A DNA stretch of 64,000 nt from Anthoceros angustus (Eukaryota > Plantae > Anthocerotophyta). The notes below the pieces were generated by a model. That model worked only from the letters and a program-made list of their open reading frames with translations, searched no databases and was not told the DNA's origin. The translations under genes and the position numbers were made by a program. Below are positions 37,275 through 48,750 of this stretch, one piece after another; positions within the stretch are counted from its first letter, which is position 1; every line of letters starts with the position of its first letter. The stretch covers positions 558,001 through 622,000 of the forward strand of contig MU008196.1 of NCBI GenBank assembly GCA_010909165.1, written 5' to 3'.

Positions 37275-37410
37275 TAGCTGGCAAAGGGAAAGGGGGCAAT
37301 TCTCCGCACCTCGCGGTGGTGGTGAAGACAAAATAGGTGGTAGCCGCCATTGCGACCATCACACAACAACATGAGTGCCGGATCATCAATTCTCCGCACA
37401 CCGACATGGA
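37275..37410 (-). CDS. PHD finger at the integrase C-terminus
   Basis: Across two 1-nt shifts it reads C-R-V-C-RRIDDPALMLL-C-DG-(R)-NGGY-H-LF-C-L...C, fitting the C4HC3 spacing with one Cys substituted. Confidence 0.8.
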
Positions 37411-37479
37411 TAGTCAACCGGAGGGACCCATTCTTTGTGACCATTGGGGTCCAAGTTGGGCAGATGGCATGGGGCACAA

Positions 37480-38520
37480 TTCTTCATGGTCCGTTGTAAC
37501 CCTTGCCATCGACCCCTCCAGTGACAACACTCCATTTCTACGCACCTCTCGCATCAGCACATGTCTGCGGTGCTAGGCTCCAAAGTATCCCTGTGTTTGC
37601 ATTTGTAGATAGACATAGTCCTGGCTGAAATTTCACGACCTTAGGTGGAAACTCCCACTCTGATGAGCATACGAGTGTATCACGATCTTGAGCTATCTTG
37701 AGATTGGCCATAGCCATTGGCATCACCGCCTAATAAGGCTGCGTTCCCCAATAGCCTTGGCCCTATGGTGGGTCATCCAAACTCAACACTTCTTGCATCA
37801 TGAGCAATGGCCACAGGTGGTCGCTCTCTTCCAAACAAAAGGAAAGGTGAAAGTTGGCCGTTGATGCATGCTTGCTCATCCACAGCCCATAGCAATGTAT
37901 GGCAAAGCCAAGTCCCAATCATCTTGGGCTTGGTGAGGCATAGCTTTCTCAACGCTTTGTTTGATGGTGCACCATCCTCTCAACAAATGCCCTTGTGGGT
38001 GATCACGGCTTGTCGCGGTGGTCAATAAGTGCACCATCCGAGATCAAACTCACCTCGAATTGACTCCACTGTGCTGAGACACTCAGACTGCTCCTCACTA
38101 AGCACATTGTGCAAAATGCTTGGGATGTGCTTGGTGATGTCTTGTCCGGAAGTGCTACATTCCACCCCGCAAAATGTTCAATCATGACCATGATGTAAAC
38201 ATTGCCACGTGGTGTGCGTGGAAATTCTCGAGTCACGGGACCACCTAAAGAAGAGTCCCATGATGGGCAGCTGCGCTCAGAATGAGGGTTGCTAAAGAAG
38301 CCTTGACCACATTGAGCACACTGCCACCTCCTCGCTTTTGGTGAACATGCCATGCTGGAAATGTGATGGAGGCAGATCAGGTGCGCTTCACACCAAAATG
38401 GCCTAGATCTTCATGCACCCTATGGATAAGCCTCAGACGATCCTGTGGTGGAGGCACCAAACGCTTAGCCCGTTGTACCTCCTCGGCGGTACCCATCCCT
38501 CCACTCATAACAAGCTCTCT
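37480..38520 (-). CDS. Integrase (HHCC, DDE core, C-terminal domain), frameshifted
   Basis: RVHEDLGHFGVKRT; CAQC; GP..EFPRTPRGNVYIMVMIEHF; VERMV.TIKQALRK; KFQPG.YVYL...NCAPCHLPNLDP. Confidence 0.85.
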
Positions 38521-38719
38521 GACCTTCTCTTCGATGTGCATCCAAGCTAGCATCCATTTGCCCTCTTCACATGCAATGTGGCCTTCACTCACACATCCTT
38601 GTGTGGCTGGCAAATTAACCGCACATGCATTCGCAAAGGCAGCATTAGGAGTTTCCTCCATGTCACCGTCTGGCGAGCTTCGGTGTCCTTCTCTGTCAGG
38701 GTTGCGTGGTATGTCGCAT

Positions 38720-39000
38720 TCGTGCTTGGTTCCAGCCGATGGACCACCTCAAACTCATAGTCCTCAAGAATCATTGCCCACCTTGCGAGTTTCCCGCTCG
38801 TATTAGACGCCCATTTCAAGGGCGATGGTCTCACCAAAATTAACATTCGCCCATACAGATAAGGGCGAAAATGGCGATAGCCCACAGTGCAAGCAACTCC
38901 CTTCATATAGGAGTAATTTGCTTACGCATGTTGCTTCTTGAAGCATAGGCAATGACCCTCTCGACCTTGACATCCACTTGCTTGACTCCACCCAAAATGC
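38720..39000 (-). CDS. RNase H of Gypsy pol
   Basis: HFRPYLYGR...PLKW...SGKLARWAMILEDYEFEVVHR. Confidence 0.85.
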
Positions 39001-39099
39001 TCCGGTCGTATGGAGGACAAAAGGCTTGGAAAATCAAATGCCATGCGGCATTTGCATCGGCTTGCTCTTCAAGCCCTCAAAGCGACAACAGCTACATCC

Positions 39100-39900
39100 A
39101 ATCCGGTTGTCTCCTTGGATCATTCAAGGGCTTAGCAATGCTGCTAAAGGCCGAACATAGACCCTATAGTAATTGCACAACCCTAAAAAGCCCTAAGGCA
39201 GGAGCACATTAGTTGGAGCTTGGATCATTGGATGGCCTGCACCTTAGCAAAGATGTGGTGTTATGCCATCTGGCGGTCCGATGCCCAAGATATGCTGCTG
39301 TCCATGGCAAATTCACACTTGGTGGATGACATGTTAGGCGGGCCTTTGCGACCTCTGGAACAAATCCTCCGGATGCATCGGATGAGTGTCAAAGTCCACA
39401 CTATGGACCAATACATCATCTATGTAACACAAAAGATGAGGCGCCTGCCGATTCTTGTCCATGACTCTTTGGAAAGTCACTGGTGCATTCTTGAACCCAA
39501 AAGGCATGACCAGCCACTCCCACAGCTGGTGGGCTCCATGAAATGCTGTCTTGGGAATGTCCTCCTCTTGCCCGGCACATTGAAGCCATGTAGTCCGATG
39601 TAGAAAAGAACTTAGGCGTCCGTCGCGTCAAACAACTCCTCTGGTGTAGGCATAGGATACCTATCCGTAGGCTGTTGCGCATTGATGGGACGATAGTCCC
39701 CACATTCGTTTTCGGTCAAAGCCTGTCCTTCTTAGGTGGAAGAACGATTGCTGCGTGTCGAACTAGAGGGCCTAATTAGCCCACCTTATACAACTCACAG
39801 CGGCGTCCACGGTTTCCCATTCTGGCTCAACTTTGTGCTCTGCGCTGTAGATAGGCTCGATGGTGTTGAGCTTAATCACGAAGGTCATGACATTGCACCT
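39100..39900 (-). CDS. Reverse transcriptase of Gypsy pol
   Basis: DYRPINAQQPTDRYPMPTPEEL; EDIPKTAFH; MPFGFKNAP; CYIDDVLVHS (YIDD at 39415-39426). Confidence 0.9.
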
Positions 39901-40214
39901 CTTCAAATCCTTCATCTTGAAAGCAAAACAATCAGTATTGTAAAAGCAAAGTATCTTTGCCTACGCCTAAATCCGGTGAGGACCCATGGTCCAACCAAAA
40001 GTTTCCGTAGTAGGTGAAGCCTTGGCAGCCGTTGACAGTCCTGGTCCTAGATCCACCAAGGTAAACAAGTTTGGGAAACATGTGCTCCACCCCATGCGTC
40101 GGTGATAGGACCGATGGCAAAGCGAGATGGCAAGTGATGACGATCGGATGACAAGAAAAAGTACTAGTATGAACAGCAGTGGGTCCCGCGCCTCGAAGTC
40201 TGGTGAGCATCGAA

Positions 40215-41095
40215 AGCCAAGCAAGGTGACCCGGCCGGTCGCCGACATCCATGGCACGGCCAAGTGCTGCAAACCTCTGAGCCCTGGAAGCCTTGGGTGC
40301 AGCCGTGCTGTGGGTGTGGAGACCCATCACCCGTTCCCTCTCCTCCACTATAGGTTCCTCCCACACCTTGGTATCTTCATTAAAAAGCATACCGGGACCG
40401 TTATTCCTATAAGCATAGGAGCCGGGATAGTGACCACGTGGCGTGTGTTCTCCTTAGCCGGGTGTGTTGGTAGGAAACCAAGGGGCTCTCTCCTTGGCTG
40501 CAACAGGCTTGGGAGTATGATTGTCATCCAGGACATCCTGTAGGAGACGGGTGGGCTCCATTTCTTTGCTTTGTAAAAAAAGTGCGAGGATAGATAAGGG
40601 ACCAAATTGGTCCAATAATTCTGTGAGCATAGCTGCCCACAGGCTGCATCCATGGTGAAGGAGGTCCAATGATGTGTTGGATCACGACCATGTCTTGGCG
40701 ATTGTGGCCGAGCATCCAATTGGGCTGGTGTGTTCTCCAGATAAGCCACTTGAGGATGTTGATCCTGGCCAAAGTACTTGCACGGATCCTAAATAAGCCT
40801 GAGCGGTTATCTTGCAACCCGCTCCTTTCCGGCTTGGGATAGGCCTTGGCACTCCATCTCGCAAATCCACATGCCCAAGGGCTTGACGTGTGCTTGGATG
40901 TCTTGAATGTTCATGGGGAGTGTCAAACATGCTCTTGCTTGCGAAAATTGCTGGAAAGCTACTGCTGCAGTGCACCGATGTGCGGCATATGCCTATGGAC
41001 AAACATCACAAGATGTACGAGAGGCGTGATGCCACACCTCAACAACGCCTCAAGACCCGGTGCATAGGCCCCAAACACTCCACCAAGGTAATACC
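40215..41095 (-). CDS. C5-cytosine DNA methyltransferase domain inside pol (frameshifted)
   Basis: Motifs in canonical order: I GITLVE.FG...GLEALLRCGI (~41095-41030); III/IV LGHVDL..GWECQGLSQAG (Cys 40849-40851); V GLQDNRSGLF; VI YLENTP (~40735); VIII DAA..GSYAHR..YWTNL (~40600-40650); IX/X EPIVEERERVMG...QRFAALGRAMD (~40350-40245). Confidence 0.85.
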
Positions 41096-41149
41096 TCGTG
41101 ATGAAGGTAGCCAAGTAATCACAGCTGATGAATGGGGAAACATGTGCTC

Positions 41150-44100
41150 CCTCCCCGGGTCTGAAGGCTTCTGCAGCACTTGCATAACACGAGCAACTGT
41201 TTCTTGAGCTTCTTGCATGCTCCTTACTATGGGAGGCTCGAGAATGGGTGGATCGAGACACGAGAGGACAGGTGTGTTCCCAACACATCTCCTCATGAGC
41301 ATGTGAGAGGATGTCCTCATCCTCTCACACTCGATAACCATGCTTGAGCGATGTGGTGGTAATAGGCGGCCCCATCCCCAAGGTGGATCTGCACCATACA
41401 GCTGTCTTTCCACCGTAGCCTCGGTACTGTCACCCATGCAAATCAAGGTAGGTAGGCAATTGCCCCCCACAATCGGCCTAAAAAGGCTGTGCATCCGATT
41501 GTCAATTGAGACTCGAGGAAGCAATTCTGTCCAACAGATGTCATAATTAGTGGCACAGTGACTAGACAAGCTTAAGCTCATCTGCTGTGTTGGGCTTCAA
41601 AGTGATCTTGGTTGGTGTTTCCCCACAGCTCAAGCCCCATTTGTCGCGAATGTTCCATGGGGAAGGCTTCTCCCTTCAAGCGGCCGTAACCTTCCCTATG
41701 ATCCGCTTGTGCTCTTTCCAACAACAGGTGCAAATCCATTTACCGACATGGCTAGCCCGATTGTCCACAAGCACGTTACTTACGTGGCCTTGCGCGATTT
41801 GTGGGTATACGATTGGTAGACCCCGACTTTCCCAAGCCAATTGTGCACGCAGTCTTGCCGGAAACAAGTGAATCCAGTGTCACCATGATGGCGCAATCAT
41901 CGACCAACGATTACCTCACCGTGGCTGCGACATGGTGTCCAAGTTAGCCTCTTCAATTCCTACATCCCAGAGGTGAGCAAGGTATGTACACCCTCTTCAA
42001 CAACTCCTTGCGCGTTAACATGGTCGTCAGCTGTTGGACTTGTGTGTGTCTAGCTTATGATCTGGCTAGGAACCAGTCGGGTCCTTTGCTCCTCTTGATC
42101 CCCTTTAGGTAGATGATTTGACCCTCTCACCTTGGTATCTTTGGACTCGATGGAAGTTCTTTGGAAAGACACAGGCATTGCGGCTCTAGCTCCTTCTTGG
42201 CGTGTGGTGGATGATGCGTCTAAGAGGTGACCCGGCCAGTTGTTGTGGCCCGCCACTGGACGAATCAACACGCTTAGACCTTTGCCATGCAATGGTTCAG
42301 CCTTGGCTCCTTGTGTGTTGCATAAGCCTCCATGATCGCCCATAATCTTCACCAAGATCATCGATGTCCGTGATTCTGAGTTCCATAGCATTGGCGGGCT
42401 TAGCATTCAAGCTTGCCGCCAAAGTGCTGACGGTAGTCGGTCGACCATGGCTGTCTCGGGCGATCATTTGAGCAGCAATACCTTAGCCTCGCGCTTGACT
42501 TGGCTCTTCTTGGCGAGATTTCCTCTGTAGCCTCTGCCGAGGCACTCCACATGCAGTTGCTCCAGTTCAATAGTGATGGTAGGCTTAGTGGCGGCACTAG
42601 AGTCTATCCTGTTTTCCAAGGTCGCCGCTCGGATACTTTGAAAAACAAAGCGCCTCCACGTGACGGTTTCTTGCAATGCGATGTAAGGAGTCGACTAAAT
42701 CCATGCGAGGCAAAGGTGTTCAACGCCACACTTACAAAGTGTGGTGGCGATGTGTGACCTTGGGCGGCTTGGACTCCCTTGTTGACGACTGCGTTATTCT
42801 TGAACTACCCTTCCACGAAAACATTTGGTAATGGTGGAAAGCCTTGGTATCTTTGAGCTTGTCTGTGAAGGTTTCTGCAGCACTTGCATAACACGAGCAA
42901 TCGCTTTCTTGAGCTTGCCGCGCGCTCCGGGCTGGGAGGCCTGGGAATGGTCGGATATCGAGACCGAGAGGACATGTGTTCCCAACACATCTCCTCATGA
43001 GCATGTGAGAGGATGTCCTCATCCTTCCACACTCCTAACCATGCTTGAGCGCGAGCACTGTGGTAATAGGGGAACGCCCATCCCCAAGGCGGATCCGCAC
43101 CATACAGCCTGCCTTTCCACAGCCTGTGCAGCCCATGCAAATCCAAGGTAGGTAGGCACCGCTTCCCTCGCTAACTGCCTAAAAGGCCTGCTCGTCTGGG
43201 CTGTTGAGACTCGGAGGAAAGAAATTCGCCCCAACAGGATGTCATAATTGGTGGCACCGTGACTAGACAACGACCGCCAAGCTCACCTCATCTGTGTTGG
43301 GCTTCAAAGTGATCTTGATCGTTGGACTTTCTTTCACAGCTCAATCGCCTCAAGCCGTAAGGCGAATGTTCCATGGGGAAGGCTTCAACGCACTTCTAGC
43401 CGCACAGCAGCCTAACCTATGATCACCGGCCGTTTCCCCGTGTCCAACAACACCTGGGTGCAAATCCATTTACCAAAGACATGGCTAGCCCGATTGTCCA
43501 CAAGCACGTTACTTTACCGTGGGCCTTGCGCGATTTGTGGGTCAGACGATTGGTAGACCACGACTTTCCCAAGCCAATTGTGCAGGCCTTGCCGGAAACA
43601 AGTGAATCACCGACCATGATGGTTTTGCAATCATCGCACCAACAAGACCTCACCGTGGAGACGCAGCATGGTGTCCAAGTTAGCCTCTTCAATTCCTACA
43701 TCCAGGGCCGAGCAAGGTGCTGTACACCCTCTTCTTCAACTCCTGCGCTTAACACCATGGTCGCGCAATCGAGCGGCTGCTCACTTTGTGTGTCTAGCTA
43801 TGACACGGCTAGGAACCCGGTCAGTCCTTTGCTCCACTTGATCCCCTTCAGGTAGATGATCTGACCCTCTCACTGGTATGCTGGACTCTGATGGAAGTTG
43901 CTGGAAAGACCTGGGCATTGCAGCTCTAGCTCCTCGACGCGGTGGTGACAGTGTCGCTCTAAGAGGTGACCCGGCCAGTTTGGTAACAGACATCGCCTCG
44001 ACGAATCAACTCGCTTAGACCTTTGCCATGCAATGGTTCAGCCTTGGACTGCTCCTTGTGTGTTGCATAAGCCTCCATGACTCGTCCATAATCTTCACCA

Positions 44101-44620
44101 AGATCATCGATGTCCGTGATTCTGAGTTCCATAGCATTGGCGGGCTTAGCATTCAAGCTTGCCGCCAAAGTGCTGACGGTAGTCGGTCGACCATGGCTGT
44201 CTCGGGCGATCATTTGAGCAGCAATACCTTAGCCTCGCGCTTGACTTGGCTCTTCTTGGCGAGATTTCCTCTGTAGCCTCTGCCGAGGCACTCCACATGC
44301 AGTTGCTCCAGTTCAATAGTGATGGTAGGCTTAGTGGCGGCACTAGAGTCTATCCTGTTTTCCAAGGTCGCCGCTCGGATACTTTGAAAACAAAGCGCCT
44401 CCACGTGACGGTTTCTTGCAATGCGATGTAAGGAGTCGACTAAATCCATGCGAGGCAAAGGTGTTCAACGCCACACTTACAAAGTGTGGTGGCGATGTGT
44501 GACCTTGGGCGGCTTGGACTCCCTTGTTGACGACTGCGTTATTCTTGAACTACCCTTCCACGAAAACATTTGTCGGTAATGGTGGAAAGCCTTGGTATCT
44601 TTGAGCTTGTCTGTGAAAAC
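41150..44620 (-). repeat. ~1.74-kb tandem duplication of the gag-knuckle/protease/linker segment
   Basis: 41150-42860 and 42880-44620 are colinear, and 42290-42860 is near-identical to 44040-44610. The junction at ~42865 has TCTG(T)GAAG microhomology. Confidence 0.85.
41480..41780 (-). CDS. Aspartic protease (second copy at ~43220-43510)
   Basis: VLVD(N)(R)ASHV resembles the LVD(S/T)GAS active site. C-terminal ATNYDILLG seen in the duplicate copy. Confidence 0.65.
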
Positions 44621-46589
44621 CAACTCCTTCTTCTCCGCTTCGATAGACCTGATCCGGGTGTGTAGTTGTCCCCATACTTGTCAACCAACGTAGTAAAGTC
44701 GATAATGAAACATGGGGTCGGGTTTCAAGGCGAAGAACTGCGCCTCACTGGTCGATCAACATACCCGTGCCATCCCTCAATTTCGTAATCGCCTAAAGGC
44801 CATCATCTTGTTTCACCCTTCTTGCAAATGCAAGCTCGGCAATTTTCTCGGGGTCTTGGTTGGGAAGGCCTTATCCAAAATTGCAAAGAAGTCTTCTCTG
44901 AGGTTGTCATGATTGGGCACATCTAACATATCTGGGCAGTAGCGATAGCCATCTCACTGGAGTCATGTTCCTGCTTGTGGGTGGTGGTGACGACATTGTG
45001 CCGGTACAATCCACCTTGATGGCGATTCTGCGATGGCCATCAAAGCTGTATGCCACTTGCAGGCAGCTGCGTGGCGAGTTAGGCTTCTCTACTCGCCAAC
45101 ATTTACGGTGCATGAATCTCAAAGCGGATCCGGGGCCTCATCCAGCTAGATACCCGGTATTTGTTCAAACATATGCCGGAGTGTAAGCGGCTCCATGCTT
45201 AAACGACGCGACTAGTTAAAGCCATAAAGCAGTTTGAAGTCCCTAAGAGTCTGCGTCCACTGGTCTACCGAAAACTTCTCGGACTTGTGAGCAGTACTCG
45301 GATCCTTCCATGGTATCGGACTTCGACTCCTCCTCCTCGGGCGTAGCTCCACTCATCCGAACAATGGTCGATAGAGGTGACCAACTCACTCTCTTGCTTC
45401 CAGAGACGGACACTACCCCAGCATCGGCCCGTGGTACTCGGCCGGAGGTAGAGGATGACGGCGTCGGCTCCTCAACCGGTCCTAACTCGGATGAACCAAG
45501 CCTCACAGTCCATTGACGTCGTGCTCTCCGCTGTGAGACCCAAGGTCGCTGTGGTACAGTCCTGCTTCTCAAATGATAGGCTGGCTCCTCATCGCTCCCA
45601 TCAGATGACATGTATGGCCCATGCAAAAGTAACAAAGTCGGTAATTAACAGGAGGTTAGGAAAGGGAAGAGCATGACACAAAAATTTGTGCCTGCTGACT
45701 TGACCCTGACTCCTTGCTAGAACACCAACAGAAAGCTCAGAGATAGGTGTACCACCCTCCACGGACCTCGGCCGGTGAGTATCCTGTCACTCCCTTAGCT
45801 CACAAAGCGCTGTACGTTAGGTCCACACCATGATGCCCATGAATCGGGCGAGGTAGATCTTTGTGCACACAACAACTCTGCGGCCTGGCCGATGGCGGCA
45901 AGTTTCGAGCGTTGTCGAGTAAAACCATACGAAAGAAACATCGCTACCGCAAGGAGCGCTAATGTGTCTTGTTCACTCAAAACCGGTGTTTGGGCAAAAT
46001 CGCGAGCGGTGAACCACCGTGGCGCAATCTTTCACAACAGGCGCGGCCGCGGATCACCAACTCGAAACACAGCGGATCTTGAGCACCGCCCTAACAAACC
46101 AGATTCGGTGAGTTGCAGGTAAGTCCTCACCCGGCATCAACACTCGGACCACACACACGACATGACGCTCACGACTTGCTCCGATTCGAGAAATCACATA
46201 TCTTATGTCCCCTAATGCTACGGGAAGGTCCAAGCCAGCAACGGCGCTGAGAACTTCGACAACTACTTTGCTAAGCCCCGCACGGTACTTATCCGGCACA
46301 CTTGCTCGGCCGCTGCCGCGGTCTCACTCCACCGTCGGCGATGCGCCGCTTCAACCTCGCAGCCATCTTGCGTAATAATGCCCGAGCTGCCCGGTCACTC
46401 ACGTTCGTCATCGACATCATATGTTTGCCCTTCACGCCTCGCTCACGAGCCCTAAACGAACCCATACGTTTCATGCCCTGGTCGGATTTGGTTATTTAAT
46501 AATCGGCCTGATTACCTAGGTTAATTAATTAGCTAGCCTAATTAATCAGCATGGCTTGACAAGATTGCTTCTACTCTAGGGCTACGGAA

Positions 46590-48750
46590 TTGGGTGTCCC
46601 CTTTGGTGATCTCGACTTTGTCAAGAGCTTTTTGGATTAGTCCTTAGCGGATGACCTTTCCCACATCGAAGACCTTCGTTTGCTGGAGGATCCATATGTG
46701 GCTTTAGGCATTCTCTCCTCATGCTTTGCCAAACGCCCAGATTACCTTATCCGCACATTGCCTCCTTCTCCATTTCTTCTCCCGCGTGTAAAGGTCTCGA
46801 GAAGAAGATTATGAGTGTCTTGGGAGACATTCTAGGCCTTGGGGCTTTAGTGTCCGCAAGCAGTACAAGTGACAAGCATCCTTAGCTTATGGTAGGATAG
46901 TCTAGTTTTCATGGAGGAATACTTGCCGGTGTGGTTTTTGGCGGTGGGCTTTGTACACCTGCTTTAGCCTCGCTTGCTTCACGACAAGACCTCTTTGGAG
47001 GACTGTATCGTGTTGAAGAGAGAACCCTCCTTTCAAGTGACCTTGAGATAAGCTTAGAACGTATTATTATCTGACAAGCAAAGTAGCTTTTCCTCCTTTC
47101 ATGACCTTCCTCAACGATGGTTTAGGGTTGCGCATCCTTTGCTTCGACAAACAACCGCCAGCCTAATCCATCTTTTGGACCCTCGATTCCGAAGATACAA
47201 TAGACCGCCTTGCTCTAGTTCTAGGAAGGGCACAAGAGCTTTTGGATTAGTCCTTAGCGGATGACCTTTCCCACATCAAGACCTTCGCTTTGGAGGATCC
47301 ATATGTGGCTTTAGGCATTCTCTCCTCATGCTTTGCCAAACGCCCAGATTACCTTATCCGCACATTGCCTCCTTCTCCATTTCTTCTCCCGCGTGTAAAG
47401 GTCTCGAGAAGAAGATTATGAGTGTCTTGGGAGACATTCTAGGCCTTGGGGCTTTCGAGTGTCCAGCAAGCAATCTGGCTCATCGGCAAGCATCCTTACC
47501 GGTAGCTTATGGCGGGATAGGTCTAGTTTTCATGGAGGAATACTTGCCGGTGGTGTTTTTGGGCAGCTGGGCTTTGTACACCTCTGCTTTAGCCTCGCGT
47601 TTCTTGCTTCACGACAAGACCTCTTTGGAGGACTTTGTATCAGGTGTTGAAGAGAGAACCCTCCCTTTTCAAGTGACCTTGAGACAAGCTAGAGACATGT
47701 TATCTACGGAAGCAAAGTAGCTTTTCCCTCCTTTCATGACCTTCCTCAACGATGGTTTAGGGTTGCGCATCCTTTGCTTCGACAAACAACCGCCAGCCTA
47801 ATCCATCTTTTGGACCCTCGATTCCGAAGATACAATAGACCGCCTTGCTCTAGTTCTAGGAAGGGCACAAGAGCTTTTGGATTAGTCCTTAGCGGATGAC
47901 CTTTCCCACATCGAAGACCTTCGTTTGCTGGAGGATCCATATGTGGCTTTAGGCATTCTCTCCTCATGCTTTGCCAAACGCCCGCATTACCTTATACTTT
48001 TGTTGCCTCCTTCTCCATTTCTTCCCGCGGTAAAAGGTCTAGAAGAAGATTATGAGTGTCTTGGGAGACACTAGGCCTTGGGGCTTTTTCAGTGTCCAGA
48101 GCCAACTGCAATCCGGCAAGCATCCTTCACCCGAGCTTATGGCTGGATAGGTCTAGTTTTCATGGAGGAATACTTCTTGCGATTGGTGTTTTTGGGCACC
48201 GGGCTTTGTAACCTCACGCTTTAGCCTCGCTTTCTTCACGACAAGACCCTTTGGAGGACTTTGTATCAAAGGTGTTGAAGAGAGAACCCTCCCTTTTCAA
48301 GTGACCTTGAGACAAGCTAGAGACATGTTATCTACGGAAGCAAAGTAGCTTTTCCCTCCTTTCATGACCTTCCTCAACGATGGTTTGAGGGTTGCAGCAT
48401 GTAGCAAACAACCGCCAGCCTAATCCATCTTTTTGGACCCTTCGATTCCAAGGAATACAATAGACCGTCTTTGCTCTAGTTCTAGGAAGGGCACAAGAGC
48501 TTCGCCATTGACTCATCCATGCATACAAGAATTTCACATCGCACCTACAACCTTCACTACAACAATGCGCTTTCGTCTGGGCTTGGTTCAGCCAGTGGCT
48601 TCCTCACTTCTCACCTATGAATGTGGCTCTGCCATGGACACATTTGGGATGCATCGTGCACATTGTCTTAATGGGGGTCAACGTATTGCCACCCATGATG
48701 TCATTCGTAACGTTATGTTTGCAATGACTTGTGAAAGTGGTAATATGGCT
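46590..48750 (+). mobile_element. CRE-like non-LTR retrotransposon post-RT region and CCHC finger, with a ~620-bp triplicated segment
   Basis: LGVPFGDLDFVKSFLD; LAHRQASLPVAYGGIGL; MRFRLGLVQP...ECG..MDTFGMHRAHCLNGGQRIATHDVIRNV. Repeat starts at ~46624, ~47235 and ~47869. Truncated at 48750 by family B. Confidence 0.75.

Larger units (their letters stand above)
37040..46560 (-). mobile_element. Ty3/Gypsy retrotransposon carrying a C5 DNA methyltransferase and a PHD finger
   Basis: Domain order on the minus strand: gag N-terminus ~45600, CCHC knuckle ~44400 (duplicate ~42660), protease, DNMT, RT (YIDD), RNase H, integrase, PHD. Many frameshifts. A matching LTR pair was not identified. Confidence 0.85.
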
